DNA from: an uncultured Candidatus Saccharibacteria bacterium
Lineage (GTDB): Bacteria > Patescibacteriota > Minisyncoccia > Phycocordibacterales > Phycocordibacteraceae
Assembly (NCBI GenBank): GCA_964434255.1
Contig: CAYSUL010000001.1
Coordinates: 104,856 to 168,855, forward strand
Length of the DNA: 64,000 nt
Direction of reading: 5' to 3'
Under the pieces are notes generated by a model, which was not told the origin of the DNA, made no database searches, and worked only from the letters and a program-made list of their open reading frames with translations. Below are positions 48,935 through 59,034 of this stretch, piece after piece. Numbering within the stretch: position 1 is the first letter of the stretch; every line of letters begins with the position of its first letter. Both the position numbers and the translations under genes were made by a program.

Positions 48935-49558
48935 TTATGGTTGCGTAGGCAGGGCTTCGGCCGGAGGCGCGACTGGCGCTACCGGGCCTCTCCATATAAG
49001 TACTGATGGGTCGATCTCAGCGGATAGCGTGAAATCGATCAACCCCTTCTCCTGGGTCGTGATTCCCGAGAAGATAGCCCGCTTTATGCGCTTCTCGGCC
49101 GCGAATGCGGACGATTGCGCAGCGAGCGCATTGAAATTACGGGCGCTTCCGGTCATCTCCAAGGTTGCGGTCCTATCCTCCTTCACCGCAACCTTGAGCG
49201 AATCGAACATTACGCTCTGGAGCGTAAGCGTTTCGAGCACATCGAAGTACTGCGAGAGCGCGACATGCTGGTCGAGGAGCATGCCGGTTGAAGAGAATCG
49301 GTTACGGAGCCGGAGGAATTCCTCGACCGTCGCACGACTGATGCTCGCTTCCGCATCACGCAGCTCTTCCGCCTTAGCATCACGTGAGGACTCGAGGAAT
49401 TTCAGGTAGCCAAATATGCCGGCTGAAGCCAGGAGCGCGAGCCCCGCGACTATCATCGCGACGACCATGAACACGTTCACGCCGGAACGAGCACGGCGCG
49501 TGGTCGCGACGGGCTGCTTCGGCACGAACGAGGTAGGTACGGTAGGAGGTAGTGCCAC
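48935..49558 (-). CDS. pilN: Type IV pilus inner-membrane component PilN
   Basis: Single TM after a short cytoplasmic N-terminus. Immediately downstream of pilM. Confidence 0.6.
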   Translation of the reverse strand: MALPPTVPTSFVPKQPVATTRRARSGVNVFMVVAMIVAGLALLASAGIFGYLKFLESSRDAKAEELRDAEASISRATVEEFLRLRNRFSSTGMLLDQHVALSQYFDVLETLTLQSVMFDSLKVAVKEDRTATLEMTGSARNFNALAAQSSAFAAEKRIKRAIFSGITTQEKGLIDFTLSAEIDPSVLIWRGPVAPVAPPAEALPTQP

Positions 49559-49610
49559 GATGTTCAGTATACGCGGTCAAATAATGGAATGTATGCCTTT
49601 ATACACACCG

Positions 49611-50717
49611 TTACTCGAGCTCCTCGAGCTTGCGCAGCGCAAGCCCGACGGCAACGGCGAACTCCGGCCCTATTTCTTTCAGGACCGGCTGCATGAATGC
49701 GGGCGTCTGCGTCTTGCTGAACGGATCCGCCACCTGCACATCGAGAGAGAAGAATGATTTCGCGTACGCGCCAAGCTCTTTCGTCACCCCGCCTCCGCCC
49801 GTGAGAATGAGCGTGGAGATGGATTTGCTCTCCCCCGCCTCGTACTGCATCATGGCGCGCTTCGCTTCCTCGAAGATGCGGGAGAACACGAGCTCGATGG
49901 TACTGCGGTCGTACGACGAGGCGCCCGCAGCACGGAAGCCATGTTCCTTCTTGAGGATCTCTGCCTTCTGTATGGTCATGCTGTGCGCAGCCGCGATGGT
50001 ACGCGTCACGTCCTGGCCGCCCTTAGGTATGTTGTGCGAGAGCGCGACCACGCCGTGCTCGACGACGTAGACCTTTGTCGCGGATGCACCGATATCGAGC
50101 ACGAGCACCGGCTTCACCGGCTCGTCAACGACAGAGCGTATGGTGCTGAATATCTCTATCTCATAGAACGTCGCCTGGAGCTCGGCGCCCGTTACGACCT
50201 GTTCGAGCAGCTTGAGCTCATCGTTGTGCACCGCGACCAATAGCACGTCGACTTTCTGGGGCGCTTCCTTCAGCGCATCCTTGCCGCCCTCGGGTATAGG
50301 CTGCGGGAGGATGAACCAGTCGAGTTGCACCTCGGAGACGGGTACCGGAATGTACTTCCTCGCCTCGAGCTCGATGATGGTCTTCTGCTCGTCCGGATTC
50401 TCCCTATACGGGAGGGTCACGAGCGTAAGCAGTGAGCGGGAGAATGGGATAGAGACGCCCGCCTCGTTCGTCGTGACATTCGCCTCACGAAGGAGGTCCT
50501 TGAGGGATTCCGTTATCTTCGCGGCAGGAAGATTCGTCGCGGTGCCCACTTCGCCGCCCGAATACGGGCCGAGCGCGAGCTCGCCATACGTTTCAAGCAC
50601 AGCAGTCCCTCCTTCGCGGCGAAGCTGGACCACTTTTAGCGATGAAGAGCCGACGTCGATGCCGATAACGCTCTTGCTCTTCTTCGTGCTTGCGAACAGC
50701 TTCGAAAGAAAGCTCAT
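49611..50717 (-). CDS. pilM: Type IV pilus assembly ATPase-like protein PilM (actin/FtsA fold)
   Basis: GIDVGSSSLKVV N-terminal actin-like motif. 368 aa. Confidence 0.8.
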   Translation of the reverse strand: MSFLSKLFASTKKSKSVIGIDVGSSSLKVVQLRREGGTAVLETYGELALGPYSGGEVGTATNLPAAKITESLKDLLREANVTTNEAGVSIPFSRSLLTLVTLPYRENPDEQKTIIELEARKYIPVPVSEVQLDWFILPQPIPEGGKDALKEAPQKVDVLLVAVHNDELKLLEQVVTGAELQATFYEIEIFSTIRSVVDEPVKPVLVLDIGASATKVYVVEHGVVALSHNIPKGGQDVTRTIAAAHSMTIQKAEILKKEHGFRAAGASSYDRSTIELVFSRIFEEAKRAMMQYEAGESKSISTLILTGGGGVTKELGAYAKSFFSLDVQVADPFSKTQTPAFMQPVLKEIGPEFAVAVGLALRKLEELE

Positions 50718-51369
50718 GGGGCGATTGTATCATGCAGGTATGCGCATACTGTCGCGATTGCTCGACCTTCTCTTCCCTCCGCGCCCGACAGCGAGGCTTG
50801 CGCGCGATGCCGCTTCTGCTTCCGTCGCCCCGCTCATATCGCCCGAAGCACGCTCCATAGCCGGGCACGAAGGCGCCGCGCTGCTGCCTTACCGCCATCC
50901 GCTCGTGCAGGCTCTCGTCATCGAGGCGAAGTACCATGGAAACCGACACGCGCAGTCGCTACTCGGCACTGCTCTTGCGGACTATCTCGCTGACTTCATA
51001 CGTGACATGCACGCGTTTTCCGAGCGACGTATCGTGCTTGTGCCGATACCGCTTGGAGCAGCGAGGTTACGCGAGCGCGGATATAACCAGACAGAACGCA
51101 TATGCAGGGCCGCGATTGGCAACGGAATTGAAATGAATCCTGAAATCCTTATGCGCACTAGAAATACCGTACCTCAAACAACGCTGTCCAAATCAGAGAG
51201 ATTGAAGAATATGATTGGCGCATTCGTCGTCCGAGGCTCTATCGACCCATCCGCTACCTATGTAGTGTTCGATGATGTCGTTACCACGGGTACGACCCTC
51301 ACGAGCGCTATTTCCGCGCTCAGAAAAGCCGGAGCACGTCATGTTTCTGCGCTTGCACTCGCCCATTAG
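50716..51369 (+). CDS. comFC: ComF family protein (phosphoribosyltransferase domain), ComFC-like
   Basis: PRTase motif (VVFDDVVTTGTTL) in a ComFC-like C-terminal domain. An alternative start at 50740 is possible because ATG 50716 overlaps the pilM start by 2 nt. Confidence 0.6.
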   Translation: MGRLYHAGMRILSRLLDLLFPPRPTARLARDAASASVAPLISPEARSIAGHEGAALLPYRHPLVQALVIEAKYHGNRHAQSLLGTALADYLADFIRDMHAFSERRIVLVPIPLGAARLRERGYNQTERICRAAIGNGIEMNPEILMRTRNTVPQTTLSKSERLKNMIGAFVVRGSIDPSATYVVFDDVVTTGTTLTSAISALRKAGARHVSALALAH

Positions 51370-51434
51370 ATTACCCTCATCTTTTCATGAACCTGATTGT
51401 TTAGGACGCTGAAGTGAAGTAGGATAGCCGGAAA

Positions 51435-51523
51435 GGATGGGTGTCTGAGTGGCCGAAAGAGATGGATTGCTAATCCATTATACGGGTTAAACCGTATCGA
51501 GGGTTCGAATCCCTCCCCATCCG
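51435..51523 (+). tRNA. tRNA-Ser (anticodon GCU)
   Basis: Class II tRNA with a long variable arm (TATACGGGTTAAACCGTATC), anticodon loop UUGCUAA and T-loop TTCGAAT. Confidence 0.8.
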
Positions 51524-51561
51524 CAGCGTTTTTACTTCCGTAGAGCGTTATCACAAACACC

Positions 51562-52422
51562 ATGAAAAGCTGGGTGAGGAGAACCATATTCATACTCATA
51601 GGGCTCTTCGCCCTCATCGGACTCGCTTTCACCGCGGTGTTCATCGCCATGCAGTTCGATCTATTGAATGTGCGCGGATCGATACTCGAACGGAACCACT
51701 TCTTCGCGAACGTAGCGAGCGCACCGATCATTCCCGCAGCCCTAGCCCAGCCCTGCGTCGATGCCGCCAAGAAGAAGTGCGACTGGAACGAGACGCCGGA
51801 GTGGGCGGTCGTCGCTGGAGGCCTGGAAAAGGATGCTTTCATCATCGAACGCGTCGCGAAGGAGACCGATGTAGATGCGCGCCTCATCGCAGCCGCGGTC
51901 ATTCCTGAACAGCTCCGGTTCTTCACCTCCGAACGCGAGGTGTTCAAGCGGTACTTCGAACCGCTCAAGATACTCGGTTCCCTCTCCCAGTTCTCGCTCG
52001 GCGTTTCCGGCATCAAGCAGGAGACGGCGAAGGAGATAGAGCGCCATGCGCTTGACGCTGCTTCCCCGTTCTACCCAGGACCCGAATACGCCAAGCTCAT
52101 CGAATACCCAGAAGGCGCTAACGCCGACGCTGAACTCTACAGGCGGCTGACCGACGCGAAGGACCACTACTACTCCTATCTCTACACCGCGCTCTATATA
52201 AAGGAAGTCGAAGCGCAGTGGGAACGTGCCGGGTTCGGAAGTGAACTCACCCCCGATATCGCTATCACCCTCTTCAACATCGGGTTCGAACGCTCCAACC
52301 CCAATCCGATGCCAGTCGCCGCGGGCGCGTCCATACAGGTAGGTGGACGAGCGTACCCATTCGGCGTACTTGGCGGCGAGTTCTATCGCTCCGAAGTGCT
52401 GCTCGATATCTTCCCGCGATAG
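51562..52422 (+). CDS. Hypothetical membrane-anchored protein
   Basis: N-terminal TM then a 250-aa domain. No family recognised. Confidence 0.4.
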   Translation: MKSWVRRTIFILIGLFALIGLAFTAVFIAMQFDLLNVRGSILERNHFFANVASAPIIPAALAQPCVDAAKKKCDWNETPEWAVVAGGLEKDAFIIERVAKETDVDARLIAAAVIPEQLRFFTSEREVFKRYFEPLKILGSLSQFSLGVSGIKQETAKEIERHALDAASPFYPGPEYAKLIEYPEGANADAELYRRLTDAKDHYYSYLYTALYIKEVEAQWERAGFGSELTPDIAITLFNIGFERSNPNPMPVAAGASIQVGGRAYPFGVLGGEFYRSEVLLDIFPR

Positions 52423-52787
52423 CTTCATAGAGCGCTCATGCATGAGCGCATAGGATGCAGGAATGAAGAAAACGAGCCGAATAAGCATCGAAGGACGCCT
52501 ATCCCGCACTCCCTCTCGTACCGATCTAATCGCCCGTTTCGAGCGATTGCTTGGCATACAGCTTCCACGCCTCGGCGCTCCTACCCCTCGCCCTACGTGG
52601 ATACACTTCCCACCCCTCGTTACATAACGACGAGCATGGAGTGGGTGTAGAATCGACTGTACGATTATCCTTCACATAGTCCGTATGCATACGAGAATCC
52701 TGTGGGCGCCTCCTACCATCGTCTTCCGGGATATCTCCGCCGCGCTTGCGGGGCTGCAGTATCTGAAGCCTCGGGCTGCGCTATAGC

Positions 52788-53234
52788 ATGTATATGGAGC
52801 CCATACGAACACGTTCGGCGGGGGGTATCGTCATCGGCGATGGCGGAACCATTGCGCTCGTGCAGAGCCGTAGCAGCGGGTTCTGGACCTTCCCGAAAGG
52901 CCACGTGGACGAAGGTGAGACGGATGAGCAGGCCGCACGACGCGAGATACAAGAGGAGGCCGGATTAACGGATCTAGAATATATCGACGACCTCGGCGAG
53001 TTCGAGCGTCCGCACATCCTCCCTGATGGTTCGGACGATTCGAAGGAGATAAAAATAATCAAGATGTTCCTCTTCGCTGCAGTGCCGCATTCCGTGCTCG
53101 CACCCTCGATGGAGATGAAGGATGCCAAGTGGGTACCGTTCCGTGAACTCGCAGACCACATCGTCTATCTCAAGGATAGAGCGTGGCTCGCAACAGTCGC
53201 GCCACGTATACGCGAAGCAATACAACGCGACTAA
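52788..53234 (+). CDS. NUDIX hydrolase
   Basis: Nudix box GHVDEGETDEQAARREIQEEAGL. Confidence 0.75.
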   Translation: MYMEPIRTRSAGGIVIGDGGTIALVQSRSSGFWTFPKGHVDEGETDEQAARREIQEEAGLTDLEYIDDLGEFERPHILPDGSDDSKEIKIIKMFLFAAVPHSVLAPSMEMKDAKWVPFRELADHIVYLKDRAWLATVAPRIREAIQRD

Positions 53235-53671
53235 GAGAGGCTCAAGAAAAGGAAGAGTGCGATGGGTGCGACCCACACTGCCCAATCAGCGACGCTTTTG
53301 CGCCAGAGCTGACCATAGTATTTAGGATGGAGGTAAAACTCCTGGAACGAGATGAAGAGTACCGCGAGCGCGAGCAGCAAGTAGAGCGCCGTCTCGCTGC
53401 CGAAGATATCCTTGGCCACGAGCGTCGTGAAAATGATAAGGAGAAGTGCCCCCGCAAGATGGCAGGCCTGCCTGTACGCGAGCACCTTATACCCAAAATG
53501 GCCGGGACCGAGTTTGCGGCGCGCCCGAGCGAGCGCTAGGTCGTACGAGCGCTTGCCTCGCACCCACTCTCCCTTTATCTCGTTCCGGAACGGATAGAAC
53601 CTGTCCGGGAGCGTAATGAGGAATGGATAGACCCCACCCCGTTGACTCTTCTTGGCTCGAGCTTTTTTCAC
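53231..53671 (-). CDS. Hypothetical integral membrane protein
   Basis: 3 TM helices. No family recognised. Confidence 0.35.
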   Translation of the reverse strand: MKKARAKKSQRGGVYPFLITLPDRFYPFRNEIKGEWVRGKRSYDLALARARRKLGPGHFGYKVLAYRQACHLAGALLLIIFTTLVAKDIFGSETALYLLLALAVLFISFQEFYLHPKYYGQLWRKSVADWAVWVAPIALFLFLSLS

Positions 53672-53686
53672 GCACTAAGTATAGCG

Positions 53687-54832
53687 CTACTTCCGTACAG
53701 CTCCCGCGACAGCCTTCACTACCCGCTTATCGAGGATATCGGGGATTATTTTTGAGACGGTGGGCTTCGATACGAGCGCCGCAAGTACCTTAGCCGCCCG
53801 AAGCTTCGAAGCGTCCGTAATGCGTGTTACTCCCTTATCAAGCGCTCCCCGGAATATGCCCGGGAACACGAGCGCGTTGTTTATCTGGTTCGGGAAATCC
53901 GAGCGTCCAGTCGCGATAACCATAGCCCCGCCCTTCTTCGCCTCTTCAGGCAGAATCTCTGGCACCGGGTTCGAGAGCGCGAACACGATAGCCTTCTCGT
54001 TCATGAGCTTCACGTCCTCGGCCTTGAGGAGATTGGGGCCTGACACACCGATGAATACGTCGGACTCGACGAGCGCTTTGCGGAGGTCGCCCTCCTCGCC
54101 TGCATTGACGAGCCCTTCGTCGATAAGCGCCTGCTTGGTCGGATTCAAATCCTTCCTTCCTTTCCCTATGATGCCGCGACTATCGACCGCAAGGATATTC
54201 ACCTTGGGCTGATACAGCTTGAGGAGCCGGATGATGGCGACGCCTGCCGCCCCGACCCCGCTTATCGTTATCCGTGTGCCGTTCCACTTCTTCCCGACCA
54301 CCTGCATCGCGTTGATGAGACCGGCGAGCACGACGATAGCGGTACCATGCTGGTCGTCATGCATGACTGGGATATCGAGTGCTTCGATGAGACGCTTCTC
54401 GATGTCGAAGCATTCCGGCGCCTTGAAGTCCTCGAGGTTGATGCCGCCCCACCCGGGCGCTATCGCCGTGATAGTTCGCACTATCTCATCGGGATTCTGC
54501 GTATCTAGCACGATGGGCCACGCGTCGATGCCTGCAAGCTCCCGGAAGATGAGCGCCTTCCCCTCCATGACCGGGAGTGCGCCGTACGGACCGATGTTGC
54601 CGAGACCGAGCACCGCCGACCCATCCGATATGACCGCGACGGAGTTCTTCTTTACCGACATGAGTCGAGCGTCCTTCGGATACCTTGCGAGATGAAGCGA
54701 TGCAGCACCTACGCCCGGGGTGTAGTAGAGGGCGAAGTCCTCTTTCGTCTTCATCTTCACGCGACTCTTCGTCTCGATACGGGCTCCGGTCTTCTTGAAC
54801 GCGTCTACTATCTGTTTCGGTGTCTTAGCCAT
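53687..54832 (-). CDS. NAD(P)-dependent malic enzyme (short bacterial form)
   Basis: Malic enzyme N-terminal domain (YTPGV...) and NAD-binding domain (GVGAAGVAI). 381 aa. Confidence 0.8.
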   Translation of the reverse strand: MAKTPKQIVDAFKKTGARIETKSRVKMKTKEDFALYYTPGVGAASLHLARYPKDARLMSVKKNSVAVISDGSAVLGLGNIGPYGALPVMEGKALIFRELAGIDAWPIVLDTQNPDEIVRTITAIAPGWGGINLEDFKAPECFDIEKRLIEALDIPVMHDDQHGTAIVVLAGLINAMQVVGKKWNGTRITISGVGAAGVAIIRLLKLYQPKVNILAVDSRGIIGKGRKDLNPTKQALIDEGLVNAGEEGDLRKALVESDVFIGVSGPNLLKAEDVKLMNEKAIVFALSNPVPEILPEEAKKGGAMVIATGRSDFPNQINNALVFPGIFRGALDKGVTRITDASKLRAAKVLAALVSKPTVSKIIPDILDKRVVKAVAGAVRK

Positions 54833-54910
54833 GAGTAGGAGTTAGAGGCTCAGTATATAAAGAAAGCGGCCCCGCACCACTGTGGATGCGGGACCGTTGC
54901 TTTCTAAGGT

Positions 54911-56515
54911 TTATTTACACACTGCGAGAAGCGCTTTCGCGGTCATAGGACCCACGATGCCGTACCCTGCGCTACCTGCGGCGGCTATCTTATTCTTCAC
55001 CTGGAAGGCCTTCACCGCCTTGTCCGTTGCTGGCCCGAAGTACCCGGTCACCTTTCCTTCCGGATAAATGGTCTTGTCCTGCGCCAGTATCTTCTGGAGA
55101 CGCGTCACTTGTCCCTTCGTTTTCGCGTCAGTGCTCTCGAGCTCGAGCGAACCCGTGAATGCTGCGCAAGAGCTAGAGACAGTGGTGGGCGCAGGTACGA
55201 GCGTAACCGGGTCCGTTGTAGCAATAACCGGCACCAGGCTATACCGCGCGTTAAGTATATTGCGCGTCGTCGCATCGAGCGTGCCGCTCTCCTTGATGCC
55301 TCTCGCTTTCTGATATGCCCTAAGCGCGTCCGTTACGCACTCTCCCATCCGTCCGTCGAGTGGGCAGTTTATGAGCGTAGAGGGCGCAGCTGGATAGTAT
55401 CCCTCCGCCTTGAGTGCGTGCTGGAGCGCGTAGATAGCGATGCTTGAAACGGGTTCAGGCGTAACGGCAGCACTGGTCGGCGATTGTTCTGGGTTTGCGA
55501 GCGCATAGGGTTGCGGTTCCAGAGCCGCGACTACATCGCTCCTCCACGTATGCGGGAGCGCTTTCGTCTCATATGTGCCCGACGCATTGCCTCCGAAGAA
55601 GTCGTGTACGCCGCGCGCGGTCTGGAGCGCGTAATCGGTAAAGACGGTGGTGCGGATGTTCTCGTCGATGAACTTCGGTTCGTATATATAGCCGTATTCG
55701 ATGAGGATGCTCGCAACGGCCGACGTACTGTTCGCACCCAGCGCGATGAGCTCCTGATCCTCGACAACGCCCTTATCCTCGATAGGAAGCGTGGACTTCG
55801 CCGTGAGCTTCGTTACCTTGTCGAATACATCCTCGGCGATGTCCTTGGATACATCCCCGTTCCCGAACTGGCTATCTGGCACGTATATGGCGAGGCCGGA
55901 GTACTTTCCTACGCCGCTAGCGGTGCGGTCGCCCGCATCATTGAGATGCACATGGATCATGAGGTCGACATCGTTCTCATTCGACCACTTCGTGATTCCG
56001 TACAGACGATATGCAACGTCGCCCGGTGCGACATTGTGCCCTGCCTGCTCTTCGTTCTTCTCCACCTTCCCGCGCTTAAGCAGCTTCTTCATCTCCTTCT
56101 TATGCGTTTCGACGAATTTCTTTATCGTCTTCATGTTCCGCTTGAAGTACGGGGCGAGGTCGTCGTTCCACCCGGTCATGTCGCGCGCAACGAGCACCTC
56201 GAGGTTCGGGTCTGCGCGGAGTTCAGTGGCGAGCTTCTCCGAAAGCATGAGGGCGAGTTCGCGTTCGTAGTATCCAGCGTACTGCGCGCCGCCATAGGTG
56301 GGTTCGTGGCCCGGAACGATAAGGATGCGCACCCTGTCGCCTCCCGCCGCCGCTTCCTGATACGCGGCCTTCAGTTCAGCTGATGTGGGTGCCTCGCTCG
56401 ATGCGAGCCTCGTCTTGGTCGCTGCTTGTATGAATGCGGTCGGGAATGCGAACAGGAACGAAACGATGAGCGCGACCGCGATGACGATGGACCAGTGACG
56501 TGAGTAGCGGAACAT
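54911..56515 (-). CDS. Cell-wall hydrolase: N-acetylmuramoyl-L-alanine amidase (Amidase_3) with two C-terminal peptidoglycan-binding domains
   Basis: Signal/TM (SIVIAVALIVSFLFAF), amidase_3 core (ILIVPGHEP...MIHVHLNDAGD) and two PG_binding_1-like repeats. Start set to ATG 56515 because the ORF's 5' 172 codons overlap the recG promoter/5' region. Confidence 0.65.
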   Translation of the reverse strand: MFRYSRHWSIVIAVALIVSFLFAFPTAFIQAATKTRLASSEAPTSAELKAAYQEAAAGGDRVRILIVPGHEPTYGGAQYAGYYERELALMLSEKLATELRADPNLEVLVARDMTGWNDDLAPYFKRNMKTIKKFVETHKKEMKKLLKRGKVEKNEEQAGHNVAPGDVAYRLYGITKWSNENDVDLMIHVHLNDAGDRTASGVGKYSGLAIYVPDSQFGNGDVSKDIAEDVFDKVTKLTAKSTLPIEDKGVVEDQELIALGANSTSAVASILIEYGYIYEPKFIDENIRTTVFTDYALQTARGVHDFFGGNASGTYETKALPHTWRSDVVAALEPQPYALANPEQSPTSAAVTPEPVSSIAIYALQHALKAEGYYPAAPSTLINCPLDGRMGECVTDALRAYQKARGIKESGTLDATTRNILNARYSLVPVIATTDPVTLVPAPTTVSSSCAAFTGSLELESTDAKTKGQVTRLQKILAQDKTIYPEGKVTGYFGPATDKAVKAFQVKNKIAAAGSAGYGIVGPMTAKALLAVCK

Positions 56516-56542
56516 ATATAAGAGACTATACCTCAGTAGACG

Positions 56543-58768
56543 ATGAGGAATGCGTGTTCTTTCATGAAGGCGCGCGGACATCGAAAATCGTATACTTCTC
56601 GTATGCAACCGGAGGACCCTATCGAGAAGCATTTCACGCGCTTGAAGCCCGACCAGAAGAAAGCGCTCGCGAAGCTCGGTCTTGCGACCGTGCGTGACCT
56701 CCTCTACCACTTCCCCGCGCGCTACGAGGCAGCAGGGCCCACCGGCACCATCATAGGTGCTACTCCGGGCACTGACGTCACCCTCTATGGGACGGTCAGG
56801 AAACCAGAGACCCGCAAAGCATGGAAGAGCCGCCGGCCGATAGCGGAAGCATGGCTTGAGGACGCGTCGGGACGCATCAAGATGATGTGGTTCAACCAGC
56901 CCTATATCGCGAAGACGCTTCAGGATGGCATGGTCATCCGAGCGACCGGGAAGATCGCAGGCGAGGGCGCGAAGCGATACCTCGCGAACCCGGAGATAGA
57001 CAGGACGCCCATTACGAGCGAGGACGTGCATGACACGCTCTTCACCGAAGCGAGCGTCGAAGGCGAGAACACGCTCTACGCCATATACCCCGAATCGAAA
57101 GGTGTCTCATCGCTCTGGTTCCTGCACGCGCAGAAGCGGTTGTTCGAGGGAAGGCTCCACGAGACGATACCGGACCCTATCCCCGCTGACATACTCGAGC
57201 GATACAACCTTCCCTCCCTTTCCACCGCGCTCGTATGGATGCACGCACCCCGCAAGCTACCGGACGCGCAAGCTGCAAGGAAGCGCTTCGCGTTCGAGGA
57301 AGTGTTCGCGATACAGCTCGGCATGCAGCGCGAGCGCAGTTCAGCCGTACAGGAGAAGGCGCTTTCGGTCGAGACCGACCGCACGACACTCAACGAGTTC
57401 ATCGCATCGTTCCCCTTCCCGCCGACCGCAGCGCAGACGCGCTCGATAGAGAGCGTCGCGCTCGACTTCGAGCAATCGCATCCGATGCGTCGCTTGCTCG
57501 AGGGTGACGTGGGTAGCGGGAAGACCGCGGTCGCAGCGGCGACCGCATATATGGTGGCGACGTCGAGGCCACCCGGACGCAAGAGCGGCACGCTCCAGGT
57601 CGCCTATATGTGCCCGACCGAGATACTCGCGAAGCAGCACTTCTCCACCTTCGTCTCGTACTTCAAGGACCATCCTATCCCTATCGGCCTCATCACCGGA
57701 AGCGAGTGCCGCAAGTTCCCGAGCAAGGTACACAAAGAAGAGTCGACGAAGATATCCCGCGCGCAGTTCAGCAAATGGGTCAAGAACGGTGAGATTCCCA
57801 TCGTTATCGGTACGCACGCGCTCGTCTACAAGTCCCTTGAGTTCCAGAATCTCGCATACGCCATCATCGACGAGCAGCATCGCTTCGGTAAGGCGCACCG
57901 GCAGAAGCTCGTGAAGAAGGATGGTATCTCGCCGCACCTTCTCTCTATGACCGCGACCCCTATCCCTCGCACGCTCGCACTCACCATATATGGCGATCTG
58001 GATATATCGCTCCTCGACGAGATGCCTGCGGGGAGGAAGCCGGTCATAACGGAGATACTCGATATAAAAACACGCGAGAAGGCGTATGAGCGCGTACGAA
58101 GCGAGCTAGCGGAGGGTCGCCAAGCATATGTCATCTGTCCCCGCATCGATGAGCCTGATCCAACGAAGGAGCTCGCTATGCAAGCCAAGTCCGTTAAGGC
58201 GGAAGCCGAGCGATTGAAAAACGAAGTCTTCCCTGGCGTTTCCATAGATATCCTCCACAGCAAGATGACGCCTATAGAGAAAGAGAAAGCGATGGAGCGC
58301 TTCGAGAAGAACGAGGTGCAGATATTGGTCGCGACGTCCGTCGTCGAAGTCGGCGTGAATGTGCCGAACGCGACCGTCATCCTCATCGAGGGCGCGGAAC
58401 GTTTCGGTCTCGCCCAGCTCCATCAGCTCCGCGGTCGCGTCATACGCTCGACGCACCAGGCGTACTGCTTCGCGCTGCCGGAGAAGTTCAGCGGCCAGAC
58501 GAAGGAGCGATTGAAGGCACTCGTTACCGCGAAGAACGGCTTCGAGCTCGCCGAGTACGACCTCGCGCTCCGTGGTTCCGGCGAGCTCTATGGCGCTCGC
58601 CAGTGGGGCGTGTCGGACATCGCGATGGAAGCGCTCAAGAATATAAAGATGGTGGAGGCTGCCCGGACCGAGGCTGGACGGCTCATTCGGGAAGACCCAG
58701 AACTCACGGACTATCCCGCACTCAAGGAGCTCGCGCTTGAGGCTATGGCGCACGTGCATCCGGAGTAG
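56543..58768 (+). CDS. recG: ATP-dependent DNA helicase RecG
   Basis: Wedge/OB domain, helicase motifs (GDVGSGKT, DEQHRFG) and a TRG motif. 741 aa; true start may be at 56603 (MQPEDP). Confidence 0.85.
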   Translation: MRNACSFMKARGHRKSYTSRMQPEDPIEKHFTRLKPDQKKALAKLGLATVRDLLYHFPARYEAAGPTGTIIGATPGTDVTLYGTVRKPETRKAWKSRRPIAEAWLEDASGRIKMMWFNQPYIAKTLQDGMVIRATGKIAGEGAKRYLANPEIDRTPITSEDVHDTLFTEASVEGENTLYAIYPESKGVSSLWFLHAQKRLFEGRLHETIPDPIPADILERYNLPSLSTALVWMHAPRKLPDAQAARKRFAFEEVFAIQLGMQRERSSAVQEKALSVETDRTTLNEFIASFPFPPTAAQTRSIESVALDFEQSHPMRRLLEGDVGSGKTAVAAATAYMVATSRPPGRKSGTLQVAYMCPTEILAKQHFSTFVSYFKDHPIPIGLITGSECRKFPSKVHKEESTKISRAQFSKWVKNGEIPIVIGTHALVYKSLEFQNLAYAIIDEQHRFGKAHRQKLVKKDGISPHLLSMTATPIPRTLALTIYGDLDISLLDEMPAGRKPVITEILDIKTREKAYERVRSELAEGRQAYVICPRIDEPDPTKELAMQAKSVKAEAERLKNEVFPGVSIDILHSKMTPIEKEKAMERFEKNEVQILVATSVVEVGVNVPNATVILIEGAERFGLAQLHQLRGRVIRSTHQAYCFALPEKFSGQTKERLKALVTAKNGFELAEYDLALRGSGELYGARQWGVSDIAMEALKNIKMVEAARTEAGRLIREDPELTDYPALKELALEAMAHVHPE

Positions 58769-58810
58769 GAAGTGCTAGAGTCCCAGGTAGAAGTCACGGA
58801 GGAGCTCGCC

Positions 58811-58978
58811 ATGAGCGACCAAAGGAAGAAACAGGAGTTCGACGCGGACTTTAGCCCGTCCAATCCGGTGAACCGTCAGGCTGCCGAATACCACGGACTT
58901 CGTTTCGATTCCCGCAAGAAGGCGTACGTTGATGAGGGCGGCTGTCTCGTTCGCGATCGCTTCGGTCAAAAACTATGA
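58811..58978 (+). CDS. Possible small protein (55 aa)
   Basis: ATG at 58811 with a GGAGG 9 nt upstream. Followed by the terminator at 59002. Confidence 0.25.
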   Translation: MSDQRKKQEFDADFSPSNPVNRQAAEYHGLRFDSRKKAYVDEGGCLVRDRFGQKL

Positions 58979-59001
58979 AGATTCCCCAAGGGAATGAGGG
59001 A

Positions 59002-59034
59002 CTCAGGCGCTCGCGCCTGAGTCGTTTCCTTTTG
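59002..59034 (+). terminator. Rho-independent terminator (CTCAGGCG-CTCG-CGCCTGAG + TCGTTTCCTTTT)
   Basis: 8-bp G/C stem with a tetraloop and T-rich tail. Confidence 0.5.

Noticed and set aside
55484-56383. 299-aa plus-strand ORF inside the amidase gene
   Set aside because: Antisense artefact with no motifs. The opposite-strand gene has amidase_3 and PG-binding signatures.
56516-57031. N-terminal 172-codon extension of the amidase ORF
   Set aside because: It overlaps the recG 5' region on the opposite strand and contains no signal peptide. A canonical signal/TM segment follows the internal Met at 56515.
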